A stretch of DNA of 64,000 nucleotides from Candidatus Auribacterota bacterium (GTDB lineage: Bacteria; Auribacterota; Ancaeobacteria; Ancaeobacterales; Ancaeobacteraceae). Below the pieces are notes generated by a model. The model saw nothing but the letters and a program-made list of their open reading frames with translations, was not told where the DNA came from and made no database searches. How positions within the stretch are numbered: the first letter of the stretch is position 1; each line of letters begins with the position of its first letter. The stretch spans positions 1,098 to 65,097 of the forward strand of contig JAKLEM010000002.1 in NCBI GenBank assembly GCA_022711655.1, written 5' to 3'. Shown here piece by piece: positions 52,557-61,332 of the stretch. Made by a program: the position numbers and the translations under genes.

Positions 52557-53795
52557 TCAGATGACCGTCCCCGCCGGTATCACGGTGTTCTTGGGTATGA
52601 CGATGATGCCGTTGCGGATCACGCAGTGCTCGTTCTCGAACTCGGAGATCTTCTCACGGTTAACGAGCTGGACGCCGTCGCCGATGTGGACGTTCTTATC
52701 GATGATCGCCTTCCGTATCACGCAGTTACGGCCTATGCCCAGCGGCGGCCTCCCGGCATCGCCTCCGTTGCGGCCGTAGAAGTCATTGCCCAGGATGATC
52801 GAGTCCTCGATCACCGTCCCTGCGCCGATGACGCTCCGCAGGCCGATGATCGAATGCGTGATGCGCGACCGCTCGACGATCGTCCCCTCCGCGATATCCG
52901 CGGCGTCTATGGTGCTGCCGGTGAACTTCGACAAAGGCAGGTAGCGGGGACGCGTGAAGAACTGCCAGTTCTCGTCGAAGAGGTCCAGCGGCGGGCGCGG
53001 GTCGGTAAAGACGAGGTTCTCCTCGTAGAACGACTGTATCGTCCCGATGTCCTTCCAGTAGCCGTTGTGGATGAAGGCGTGGGTCTTGCGAACCGGGATC
53101 GCGTCGGGGATCACTTCTTTGCCGAAATCGGCCTTCTTGTTGTTGGCGAGCAGCTCGAAGAGCACTTCCTTGGTAAAGACGTAGATGCCCATCGAGGCGA
53201 GGTATTTCGCCGTGCCGTCGAAATCGACCGCGAGCTTGTCCAGCGGCGCATCCGCGCCGGGCTTCTCGATGAACGTCTTGATGCGAAAATGGTCGTCGAT
53301 CCCCATGATCCCCAGGTCGTGCGTCTCCTCCTTGACCACCGGGTTGCACGCGATCGTGATCTCCGACTTGCGCTGTATGTGGAAGTTGACGAGGCGCGAA
53401 TAGTCCATCTTGTAGACCTGGTCGCCGGAGAGGATCAGGATGTATTTGACGTGGGGGTCGCGGAAATGCTTGATGCACTTGCGCACCGCGTCGGCCGACC
53501 CCTCGAACCACGACGCCTCCTCGATCGACTGCTCCGCCGCGATGATGTCGACGAACCCGTCCGAGAAGGTATCGAGCTTGTACGACCTGAATATGTGCTT
53601 GTTGAGCGATTCGGAATTGAACTGCGTGAGGATGACGATCTTGCGCAGTCCCGAATTGAGGGCGTTGCTCACCGGTATGTCGACGAGCCGGTACTTCCCC
53701 GCCAGCGGCACCGCCGGCTTGGCGCGGTATTTCGTGAGCGGATAGAGGCGCGTCCCGCGCCCACCTCCCAGTATGACCGTTAAAACGTCTTTCAT
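52557..53795 (-). CDS. glgC: Glucose-1-phosphate adenylyltransferase
   Basis: VILGGGRGTRLYPLTKYRAKPAVPLAGKYRLVDIPVSN.. and a C-terminal left-handed beta-helix. Confidence 0.9.
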   Translation of the reverse strand: MKDVLTVILGGGRGTRLYPLTKYRAKPAVPLAGKYRLVDIPVSNALNSGLRKIVILTQFNSESLNKHIFRSYKLDTFSDGFVDIIAAEQSIEEASWFEGSADAVRKCIKHFRDPHVKYILILSGDQVYKMDYSRLVNFHIQRKSEITIACNPVVKEETHDLGIMGIDDHFRIKTFIEKPGADAPLDKLAVDFDGTAKYLASMGIYVFTKEVLFELLANNKKADFGKEVIPDAIPVRKTHAFIHNGYWKDIGTIQSFYEENLVFTDPRPPLDLFDENWQFFTRPRYLPLSKFTGSTIDAADIAEGTIVERSRITHSIIGLRSVIGAGTVIEDSIILGNDFYGRNGGDAGRPPLGIGRNCVIRKAIIDKNVHIGDGVQLVNREKISEFENEHCVIRNGIIVIPKNTVIPAGTVI

Positions 53796-53837
53796 GACTG
53801 TTGTCCCTTTTGGCTGTCGGCGGTCCGCGAAACGCCG

Positions 53838-55940
53838 TTACGTCCGTCTCTTGAGCAGTAACCGGATGCGCGCCAGGAGCCGTTCGGTGTCGAACGGCTT
53901 CGTCACGTAGTCGTCGGCGCCGAGGTCGAGCCCCTTCACCTCGCTCGCCTTGTCCTTGACCGCCGTAAGCATCATGATCGGTATGACCGCCGTCTCGATG
54001 CGCGAGCGCAGCTGCCTGACCGCTTCGAACCCGTCCATCTCCGGCATCATCACGTCGAGTATCGCGAGGTCAGGCCGCTCGCGGACGGCCATCTCGACAC
54101 CTTCGGCGCCGTTGGCGGCGCGGATCGTGTCGTAGCCGGCGTCCTCGAGAGTGATGCCGAGTATCCTCGCCAGGTCCGGCTCGTCCTCGACGATGAGGAT
54201 GAGCGGCTTCTCGCGTTTCCGGGGCAGCGCCTTCTCATCCTCGCTCTCGCTCACGTCGGTCCTCTTGGCCACCTCTTCGAGGGTGGTGATCCCCTGCTTG
54301 AGCTTGATAAACGCCGAGTCGGCAAGGAGCGTCATCCCGCCGCGCAACGCTTCCTTGAGGATCACGTCCTCGCCCGCCTTCTCGGCTATCAGCGTGCGGA
54401 TCTTTTTCGTTATCTCGAGCATCTCGAAAACGCCCGTCCTCCCGAGATACCCGGAAAAGTTGCACCGGGCGCACCCTTTGCCCTTCATGAACCTGGTGAT
54501 GCGGTGCCGCTCGAGCGACCCCAGGTATTTCTCGACGAGCTCGGGGGCCGGCTGGTATTCGTCGCGGCAGAACTCGCAGTTCACCCGGACGAGGCGCTGC
54601 GCGATGACCAGCGTCAGCGACGAGCCGATGAGGTACGGCTCGAGGCCGAGGTTCAGCAGGCGCGTCACGGAGGCGACGGAACTGTTGGTATGGATCGTCG
54701 ACAGCACCAGGTGCCCCGTGAGCGAGGCCTTGAACGAGATCTCGGCCGTCTCGAGGTCGCGGATCTCGCCGACCAGGATGACGTTCGGGTCCTGCCGGAG
54801 GATGCTCCGCAAGCCGTTGGCGAAGGTGACATCCTTTACCGGGTTCACCTGGATCTGGTTGACGCCGTCCATCAGGTATTCGATAGGGTCCTCGATCGTG
54901 ATGATGTTCTTGGTCGGGCACTTGATGGCGTTCAGCGTGGCGTACAGCGTCGACGTCTTCCCGGATCCCGTGGGGCCGGACACCAGGATGATCCCCTGCG
55001 GCCGCGCGATCGATTTTCTGAAAAGCGTCATCTCCTTCTCGGAGAAACCGAGCGCATCCAGGTCGGTGTGCGCGACGGTGGCGTCGAGGATGCGGAGCAC
55101 CGCCTTTTCGCCGAAGTGCGTCGGTACCATCGACACGCGCATGTCGATATAGCGGCCGCTCAGGTAGATCTTGGTGCGGCCGTCCTGCGGCTTCCTCGTC
55201 TCGGCGAGGTCCAGGCTGGCCATCACCTTGATGCACGAGATGACGAACGAGTGGAGCTTGGAGGGGATCTCCATCACTTCGCGCAGGTCGCCGTCGATGC
55301 GGTACCGGATCTTGGTCTTGTCCTTCCCCGCCTCGATGTGGATGTCGCTCGCGCGCGCCTTGATGGCGTCGGTGAGAAAAAGGGTGACGAGCTTCATCAC
55401 CGGCCCCTGCTTGGTGTCCTTGAGCGCGCTCTCCTGCTTTTCCTTGCTCTCGCGGAGCACGTCGATGTCTGCCGACGCGACGATGTGAGAGAAGAGGTCG
55501 TACAGGCTTTCGTCCGACTGGTAGACGCTCTCGATAAGCTCGGCCAGGTTGCTCTTCGGGCACATCACCGGCATGACGTCCATGTTGGTCAGGAGCTTGA
55601 CGTCGTCGACGGCGATGACGTCGAGCGGATTGCTCATGGCGAGCAGGAGGTGCTCGCCTTCCTTGCGCACCGGGAGGACGCCGTATTTTTTCGCGAGCTC
55701 GTAGGGGACCAGCACCGACACCTCCGAGTCGATGTCGTCCTTCTTGAAGCTGACGACCGGCATGCCGTAGGCGCGGGACATGATCTCGAGCATCTCTTTC
55801 TCGGCGATAAAGCCCATCTCGACAAGGATATCCTGCAGGGGACGCTTCGCCCCCCGCTGCCGTCCCTTGGCTTCGACGAGGTTCTCTTTCGTGAGCAGGT
55901 TCTCGCTCACCAGCATGTCTTCGAGGATGTTCTTCGGCAT
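53838..55940 (-). CDS. PilB/GspE-family secretion ATPase with MshEN-like N-domain and C-terminal receiver domain
   Basis: Trimmed to MPKNILEDMLVSENLL.. (ATG 55940, GGGAG RBS). Walker A GPTGSGKTS, VGEIRD, tetracysteine CEFC..CARC. The C-terminus LILIVEDEPD..LDVMMPEMDG.. is a receiver domain. Confidence 0.85.
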   Translation of the reverse strand: MPKNILEDMLVSENLLTKENLVEAKGRQRGAKRPLQDILVEMGFIAEKEMLEIMSRAYGMPVVSFKKDDIDSEVSVLVPYELAKKYGVLPVRKEGEHLLLAMSNPLDVIAVDDVKLLTNMDVMPVMCPKSNLAELIESVYQSDESLYDLFSHIVASADIDVLRESKEKQESALKDTKQGPVMKLVTLFLTDAIKARASDIHIEAGKDKTKIRYRIDGDLREVMEIPSKLHSFVISCIKVMASLDLAETRKPQDGRTKIYLSGRYIDMRVSMVPTHFGEKAVLRILDATVAHTDLDALGFSEKEMTLFRKSIARPQGIILVSGPTGSGKTSTLYATLNAIKCPTKNIITIEDPIEYLMDGVNQIQVNPVKDVTFANGLRSILRQDPNVILVGEIRDLETAEISFKASLTGHLVLSTIHTNSSVASVTRLLNLGLEPYLIGSSLTLVIAQRLVRVNCEFCRDEYQPAPELVEKYLGSLERHRITRFMKGKGCARCNFSGYLGRTGVFEMLEITKKIRTLIAEKAGEDVILKEALRGGMTLLADSAFIKLKQGITTLEEVAKRTDVSESEDEKALPRKREKPLILIVEDEPDLARILGITLEDAGYDTIRAANGAEGVEMAVRERPDLAILDVMMPEMDGFEAVRQLRSRIETAVIPIMMLTAVKDKASEVKGLDLGADDYVTKPFDTERLLARIRLLLKRRT

Positions 55941-56179
55941 ATGACCGTCCGCTCCCGTAAATCCGCCCTGATTGTAACACAACCGCCGCTCGCTGTCGCA
56001 GGGAAATTTGCGCCCCGAAATGGCGGATAACAGTCCGTCTGCGGCGTTGCAGGCCACCGCTCTCTTGTGCGGCGTACTTCCCAGTACGCCTCCGCGGTCG
56101 CTGGCCTGCGCCTTGCAGCCGAACTGTTCTTCGCCATTTCGTATTTCAAACAGGTTCTATATGAATTATTATCTTATTC

Positions 56180-56210
56180 GCTAAACTGGGTCGCGGGTCC
56201 GCGCTTTAGC
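56180..56210 (-). terminator. Terminator-like hairpin downstream of the GHL10-like gene
   Basis: RNA GCUAAAGCGCGGACCCGCGACCCAGUUUAGC followed by the A/U-rich GAAUAAGAUAAUAAUU. Confidence 0.35.
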
Positions 56211-56260
56211 TTGCGTCCTCTCTGCAACTACCACATCCCCCCGTTCGTTGAAGGGTACCG

Positions 56261-57469
56261 CTAGCGGATCGCCTCTTTCATCCCCGGGCGAGAGACGTCG
56301 TCGTACGAATAGAAGACGACGCCCGCCGGACGCAGCTTCTCGAGGGCGCGCAGGCTCCTGACCAGGACGTCTCTCCTGTCCTTCAGCATGTAGGCGCCGA
56401 GGCCGACCCGGATACGGGCGGGGCTGCCTGCGGCCAGGGCATCGCGCGCGTTCCGCGCGAAGATGCTGTCGTCGCGGGTGTAGTTCATCAGAACGACGTA
56501 ATCGACGACGCCTGTATTGATCCACGACGCCCAATCCTGATACGCCCCGGCGGCGGCGCGCGCCGGCGACGGGAGGACGGCGCAGGAGACATTCCAGCCG
56601 GGATGCTGCTTCTTGACTCGGGCGGTGATCTGCCGGGCGAGGGCGGTCACGCGGCCGCGCATCCACGCGTTCCACTCCGCCGTCAGGCCGATGTGCCAGC
56701 CGCCCGCCTTGAACGGGTCGAGGCCGGTCGTCCGCTTGAAGCGGGCGACGTTCCGCTCGCCGTAACCGAACCCGGCGCCCGCACTGCCAAAGAATATCTT
56801 CGACGAAAAATTATACGGATAACGGATATAGTCGAGATGGAAGCCGCTCAATCCCGGGTAGCGGTCCATGATCTCCTGCACGACCGACAGGGTGAAGGTG
56901 ACGACCCGCTCGTCGCCCGGCTCGAGGAAGATCTGCCCCTCGGCGCCGGCGGCCTTTTTTCCTCTCTTGCCTTTCTTCCCCTTCTTCGCTTTCACACGGC
57001 CGGCCCCTGCCGACGGCCGCAGCCCCTTGTCGCGGGTGAGGACCCCCGCGCCGTACTTGCGTATGATCGGCGCCTGCATATTCCCGGCGAGGCTGAGGAC
57101 ATTGATCCAGGCGTAGACCCTGATCCCTTTCGCGTTGGCTTTCGCGATGAGCACGTCGATCGGGTCGCCGCCGGCAGCCGCGGTCATCGCCCGGTAGCGC
57201 GCTTTTCCGGCGATACCGCTGTCATACCACGCCTCGCCGGCGCGGTAGACCTGCAGGTAGATATCGTCTATCGCGTTCCGGGCGCAGAAATCAACAAGAT
57301 CGGCGGCGCTCCCCTTCGAGAAATGGACCCGCTTCTCGGAGAAGACGCTGACCCAGACCCCCCGGGAAAGCGGCCGCGCGCCGGCATCCCCGGACCGTAC
57401 GGGGGAAACGGGCGCCGCCAATACGGCCGCGATCGCGGCCGCCGCAATAATACGCCGAAAATTCTTCAC
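56261..57469 (-). CDS. Secreted glycoside-hydrolase-like protein (GHL10/DUF187, YngK-like)
   Basis: Signal peptide. ..YPGLSGFHLDYIRYPY.. is typical of the family. Confidence 0.65.
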   Translation of the reverse strand: MKNFRRIIAAAAIAAVLAAPVSPVRSGDAGARPLSRGVWVSVFSEKRVHFSKGSAADLVDFCARNAIDDIYLQVYRAGEAWYDSGIAGKARYRAMTAAAGGDPIDVLIAKANAKGIRVYAWINVLSLAGNMQAPIIRKYGAGVLTRDKGLRPSAGAGRVKAKKGKKGKRGKKAAGAEGQIFLEPGDERVVTFTLSVVQEIMDRYPGLSGFHLDYIRYPYNFSSKIFFGSAGAGFGYGERNVARFKRTTGLDPFKAGGWHIGLTAEWNAWMRGRVTALARQITARVKKQHPGWNVSCAVLPSPARAAAGAYQDWASWINTGVVDYVVLMNYTRDDSIFARNARDALAAGSPARIRVGLGAYMLKDRRDVLVRSLRALEKLRPAGVVFYSYDDVSRPGMKEAIR

Positions 57470-57488
57470 GGATCATCTCTCCTATTGC

Positions 57489-59168
57489 TCACCCCGTCAC
57501 CGCCTCAGGCTCCGCGTCCGCGGGCGCGTCGACCGCCCTCAGCGACAGGATCCGGTCGACCCGGAAGATGCGGTCCTCGTTCCGCTCCAGGCAGAAGGCG
57601 CGGACGCCGAGGAATGTCCGCTCGCGGTAGCGCTCGTCGCCGACGCTCGCCGGCCTGATCAGGCGCGTCGTCTTGGTGTCGTCCGGCTTGAGGTAGGTCA
57701 GCTCAAGCAGCCGCCCGTCGGCGATCGCCCGCCTGATCGCGTCGACCTTCTCCTCCAGCGGCATGTCGCGCTCGGAAAGGGCGTACTGGTACTGCGTCAT
57801 GAACCGGACCACCCGCCAGTCCATCATGATGTGACGCTTTTCGACCGGCTTTCTCAAAACGATCCCCTCCAGGGACGTGCAGCGGCTCAGCGCGACATAC
57901 ATCTGCCCGTGCGCGAACATCCCCCTGCCTACGTCGATCGTCACCCGGTCGAAGGTCTTGCCCTGGCTCTTGTGGACCGTCACCGCCCAGGCGAGCTTCA
58001 GCGGGTACTGCTCGAAGCTTCCGACCTCTTCGGACTCGATGGCGCCCGTCTTCTTGTTGAACGTGAAGTGAAATATCTCCCAGGTGTACGGCAACACATC
58101 TTCCTCGGTCCCGTCCGGCATGGCGACGACGACCGCGTCTTCCCCTTTCGCCGCGTCGAACGCGATCTCCTTGACCACGCCGATCGTCCCGTTGACCCAT
58201 CGGCCCGCGGCGTCGTTATTGAGGAACATCACCTGCGCGCCGGCCTTGAGCTTCAGCTCGCTTTCCGTCGGGCTCTGCCGCTCGTCGAAATCGCCGTCGA
58301 CCGAGGCGCGATAGGTGTGCGTTTCCGTCTCGAGCGCGGCGAGATGTTCTTCGTTGATCCTCGCGGCCATGTCGTTGGTCGCCGTCAGCGAGATGGCGTA
58401 TCCCGCGCCGCCCGGGGCGAACTCCGCGCCGACCCGCTCGTTGATGGCCTTGAGCTCGGCGTCGCCGGCGACGTTGTTGCGGATGCTGTTCAGGATGCCG
58501 ATAAAATGGCGGTCTTTCTGCCGGTATATCTTGCGCAGCTCGACGAACTCCATCGCGAGGCCGCCGAACGCGTGCGCGTCGAAGAAATAGGGGCTCTTGT
58601 AGCGCTCGGTGAATATCTCGCGCTCCGCGGAGGACACCACGGGAGGCAGCTGGTAGAGGTCTCCGAAGAATATCATCTGCATCCCGCCGAACGGGAGGTC
58701 CTCGTCGGGGCCGTTGAGCCGGAGGAACCGGTCGACGCAGTCGAGGAGGTCGGCGCGGACCATCGAGATCTCGTCGATCACGACGGCGTCGATCTCGCGG
58801 TAGATCCGCCCCTTGCGCCCCCTGACCTTCTTTATCTTATCGAGCGTGACGTGCGGCTTGAACCCGAAAAACGAGTGGATCGTCTCGCCGCTGACGTTGA
58901 GAGCGGCGACGCCGGTCGGCGCGAGGACGACGACGCGTTTTTTGGACGTATCGCGAAAATAGGACAGCAGCGTCGACTTCCCCGTCCCCGCCTTCCCCGT
59001 AACGAAGACGTTCTTATCCGTACGCTCCATCAGCGTGTACGCCCGCTCGAAATCGGCGGTACACTCGAGCGCCGCCGGCGTCTTCGCCATAAAGGCGCCG
59101 CCGGCCTCCCATTTCCCGGGGGGCAGCGCCCTGTCAGTTACGCCGACGATCTCGCACGACCGCTTCAT
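57489..59168 (-). CDS. Pif1/RecD-like SF1B helicase with C-terminal WYL-like domain
   Basis: VFVTGKAGTGKSTLL, VVIDEISMV, TVHKSQGKTFD. The C-terminus ..LELTYLKPDDTKTTRLIRPASV..FLGVRAFCLERNEDRIFRVDRILSL.. is WYL-type, an architecture already known for bacterial Pif1. The start may be the internal MAKTPAAL.. at 59090. Confidence 0.8.
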   Translation of the reverse strand: MKRSCEIVGVTDRALPPGKWEAGGAFMAKTPAALECTADFERAYTLMERTDKNVFVTGKAGTGKSTLLSYFRDTSKKRVVVLAPTGVAALNVSGETIHSFFGFKPHVTLDKIKKVRGRKGRIYREIDAVVIDEISMVRADLLDCVDRFLRLNGPDEDLPFGGMQMIFFGDLYQLPPVVSSAEREIFTERYKSPYFFDAHAFGGLAMEFVELRKIYRQKDRHFIGILNSIRNNVAGDAELKAINERVGAEFAPGGAGYAISLTATNDMAARINEEHLAALETETHTYRASVDGDFDERQSPTESELKLKAGAQVMFLNNDAAGRWVNGTIGVVKEIAFDAAKGEDAVVVAMPDGTEEDVLPYTWEIFHFTFNKKTGAIESEEVGSFEQYPLKLAWAVTVHKSQGKTFDRVTIDVGRGMFAHGQMYVALSRCTSLEGIVLRKPVEKRHIMMDWRVVRFMTQYQYALSERDMPLEEKVDAIRRAIADGRLLELTYLKPDDTKTTRLIRPASVGDERYRERTFLGVRAFCLERNEDRIFRVDRILSLRAVDAPADAEPEAVTG

Positions 59169-59186
59169 AGAAAGATATCCATTTGG

Positions 59187-60086
59187 TTATTTATGCGAGC
59201 GGAACAGGACGCAGATGTCCGCGCCCGGATGCAGCTCGTGCAGCTCCGCCGAAATGCCTTCGCGCATCTTTTCGAGCTCTTGCAGCGTCCGGTCGCGCTC
59301 CGCGAGAAAAGAGACGGTCAGGAACATGCGGCGGCCTGCCTTCCTGACCTTGAGATCGCCGCTGTGCGCCAGGCGGTATTTTTCCCCGATGCGCTTCAAC
59401 ATGTGCTTCAGCTCGTCCTGCTTGTCCTCGTCGATGCTCGCGTCGAGCAGGTCCCTGAAACTTTCGCGGATGATCGCCGCCGGCTTCTTTAACAGGACAA
59501 GCGCGATCGTGATACACATGACCGGGTCGATGACACTCGTGTCGCTCATCCAGGACGACCGGGGCATCATATGCGCGAACCCGAACGCCGCGAACACCCC
59601 CAGGCTGATCAGCCCCTCGGCTATGGACAGCTCCGCGTTCGCGCCGATCAGCGGCGACGCGCACCTCCTCGCGACGTTCTTCATATACAGGCCGTACCCG
59701 GCGCAGACAGACCCCGCCAGCAGGGAAAAGGTAACCGCCGCCCGGATATGCTCCACTGGCTCGGGGTTGACGACATCCTGCACGCCCATGACGATCGCGA
59801 ACACACAGACCGTCGCGAACATGATGCCTTCGACGAAGACCATCAGCGGCTCGTACTTGGCGTAGCCGAAATGGTACCGGCTGTTGGGCGGCTCGTGAAG
59901 CTTGTTGACGACGATGAGCATCAGGAGAGAGATCGCAACGTCCACCATCCCGTACAGGCCGTTCAGGAGCAGCGTCATCGAATCGCATATCACGGAGACG
60001 GCGATATTACCGGCGGCGCACAGCGCAGTCAGCGCCGTCGAGACCCACAGCACGCGCAGCTCAAGCTTCTGTTCTTTCGCATCCAT
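59187..60086 (-). CDS. Cation diffusion facilitator family transporter
   Basis: Six TM helices plus a C-terminal cytoplasmic domain, in the CDF pattern. Confidence 0.75.
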   Translation of the reverse strand: MDAKEQKLELRVLWVSTALTALCAAGNIAVSVICDSMTLLLNGLYGMVDVAISLLMLIVVNKLHEPPNSRYHFGYAKYEPLMVFVEGIMFATVCVFAIVMGVQDVVNPEPVEHIRAAVTFSLLAGSVCAGYGLYMKNVARRCASPLIGANAELSIAEGLISLGVFAAFGFAHMMPRSSWMSDTSVIDPVMCITIALVLLKKPAAIIRESFRDLLDASIDEDKQDELKHMLKRIGEKYRLAHSGDLKVRKAGRRMFLTVSFLAERDRTLQELEKMREGISAELHELHPGADICVLFRSHK

Positions 60087-60119
60087 CCGAGCGCTCTTTT
60101 CGTCTTTACCGTAACAAGT

Positions 60120-60377
60120 TCAGAACCTGAAATGCACGAACAGCCGTCCCCAGTTGTCGCCGTCCTTCTCCACCCGGTGATACATCCCCCGGTTCCGCTC
60201 GAGGAACTTCAAGACGCGCTTCTTGAGCTGGCCGGAGCCCTTACCGGGGATGATCTCGACCAGCCGGATCTTTTTCGCGATCGCGTCCTTCATGACGTCG
60301 TTCAGCGCGCGATCGATATCGCCGCTCCTGTTGAATATGTCGTGCAGGTCAAGCTTCAGCTTGCTCATACGATTCAT
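60120..60377 (-). CDS. Smr domain protein
   Basis: LDLHD....LVEIIPGKGSGQLKKRVLKFL matches the Smr pattern. Confidence 0.7.
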   Translation of the reverse strand: MNRMSKLKLDLHDIFNRSGDIDRALNDVMKDAIAKKIRLVEIIPGKGSGQLKKRVLKFLERNRGMYHRVEKDGDNWGRLFVHFRF

Positions 60378-60432
60378 TCACCTTTCTGATAGTGCGCCTG
60401 TGCCGGGCGCCGTCAGCCGCGGCGCCGCTCTC

Positions 60433-61272
60433 TTACAGCCGTATCTCCTGGTCCTGCGCCGTCGCGAATATCTCCACGTCTGACTTCGCGGTGCGCGCCA
60501 TGCCCCGGCATTCCCCGACGATCGCGTCGACCGCGGCGTCGGAACGGTCCTGGTTGTGATGGAAGAGGCCGAAGCGCTTTACGCCCGCCTCGATAGAGAG
60601 ACGCGCGGCGTCGACATAGGTGCTGTGCCCCCACGTCTTCACCCGCGTGTATTCCTCGGGCGTGTATTCGGCGTCGTGGATCAGCAGGTCGGCGCCGCGG
60701 GAGAACGCAAGGTAGTCCTCGTACGTGAGCCCGCCGGGATGCACGTGCGAAAGCTCGTTGTCGGTCAAAAAGACGAACTGCTTCCCGTCCTCGATGAACT
60801 TGTACCCGATCCCCTGGTTGGGATGGCTCAGCAGGATCGGCACGATCTCCAGCGACTTGAGACGGAACGGCTTCGTGCACGCCTCGTCGACGCATATCTG
60901 CGCCTGCACCTGGTCGAACTTGATAGGGAAATAGGGCGGCTTCATCGGCTCTGATATCAGCTCTTTGATCGACTGCTTCGCGAACGGGCAGCCGAACATC
61001 GTGATCAGCGTCTTGCTGAAGTAGATCGGCTTGAAGAAAGGGAACCCGAGGATGTGGTCCCAGTGCGCGTGCGTGAATATCAGCGCGAACTCGCGGCGCT
61101 TTTCCTTTATGAGCGCGTTGCCCAGCCGCCTGATGCCGCTCCCCGCGTCGATAATAACGATGTCGTCGTCTTTCGTCCGTATCTCGATACAGGTCGTATC
61201 ACCGCCGTATGTGAGATAGTCGCGCCCCGAAACGGCGATCGATCCCCGAGCGCCCCAGCATCTGACGATCAT
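60433..61272 (-). CDS. MBL-fold metallo-hydrolase
   Basis: FTHAHWDHILGFPFF motif. Confidence 0.8.
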   Translation of the reverse strand: MIVRCWGARGSIAVSGRDYLTYGGDTTCIEIRTKDDDIVIIDAGSGIRRLGNALIKEKRREFALIFTHAHWDHILGFPFFKPIYFSKTLITMFGCPFAKQSIKELISEPMKPPYFPIKFDQVQAQICVDEACTKPFRLKSLEIVPILLSHPNQGIGYKFIEDGKQFVFLTDNELSHVHPGGLTYEDYLAFSRGADLLIHDAEYTPEEYTRVKTWGHSTYVDAARLSIEAGVKRFGLFHHNQDRSDAAVDAIVGECRGMARTAKSDVEIFATAQDQEIRL

Positions 61273-61332
61273 CTTTTCCCTCCCGTGTTCATGTGTGCCC
61301 CCGAGCTGACGATCCTTCAGGCCCCTTTTCGC

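Noticed and set aside
55941-56260. sigma54 promoter or c-di-GMP-II riboswitch in the PilB/GspE-receiver leader, plus small ORFs 55907..56149 and 56067..56264
   Set aside because: There is no TGGCAC-N5-TTGC match with correct spacing. There is no recognisable c-di-GMP-II or GEMM-I core. The small ORFs lack an RBS and have implausible composition.
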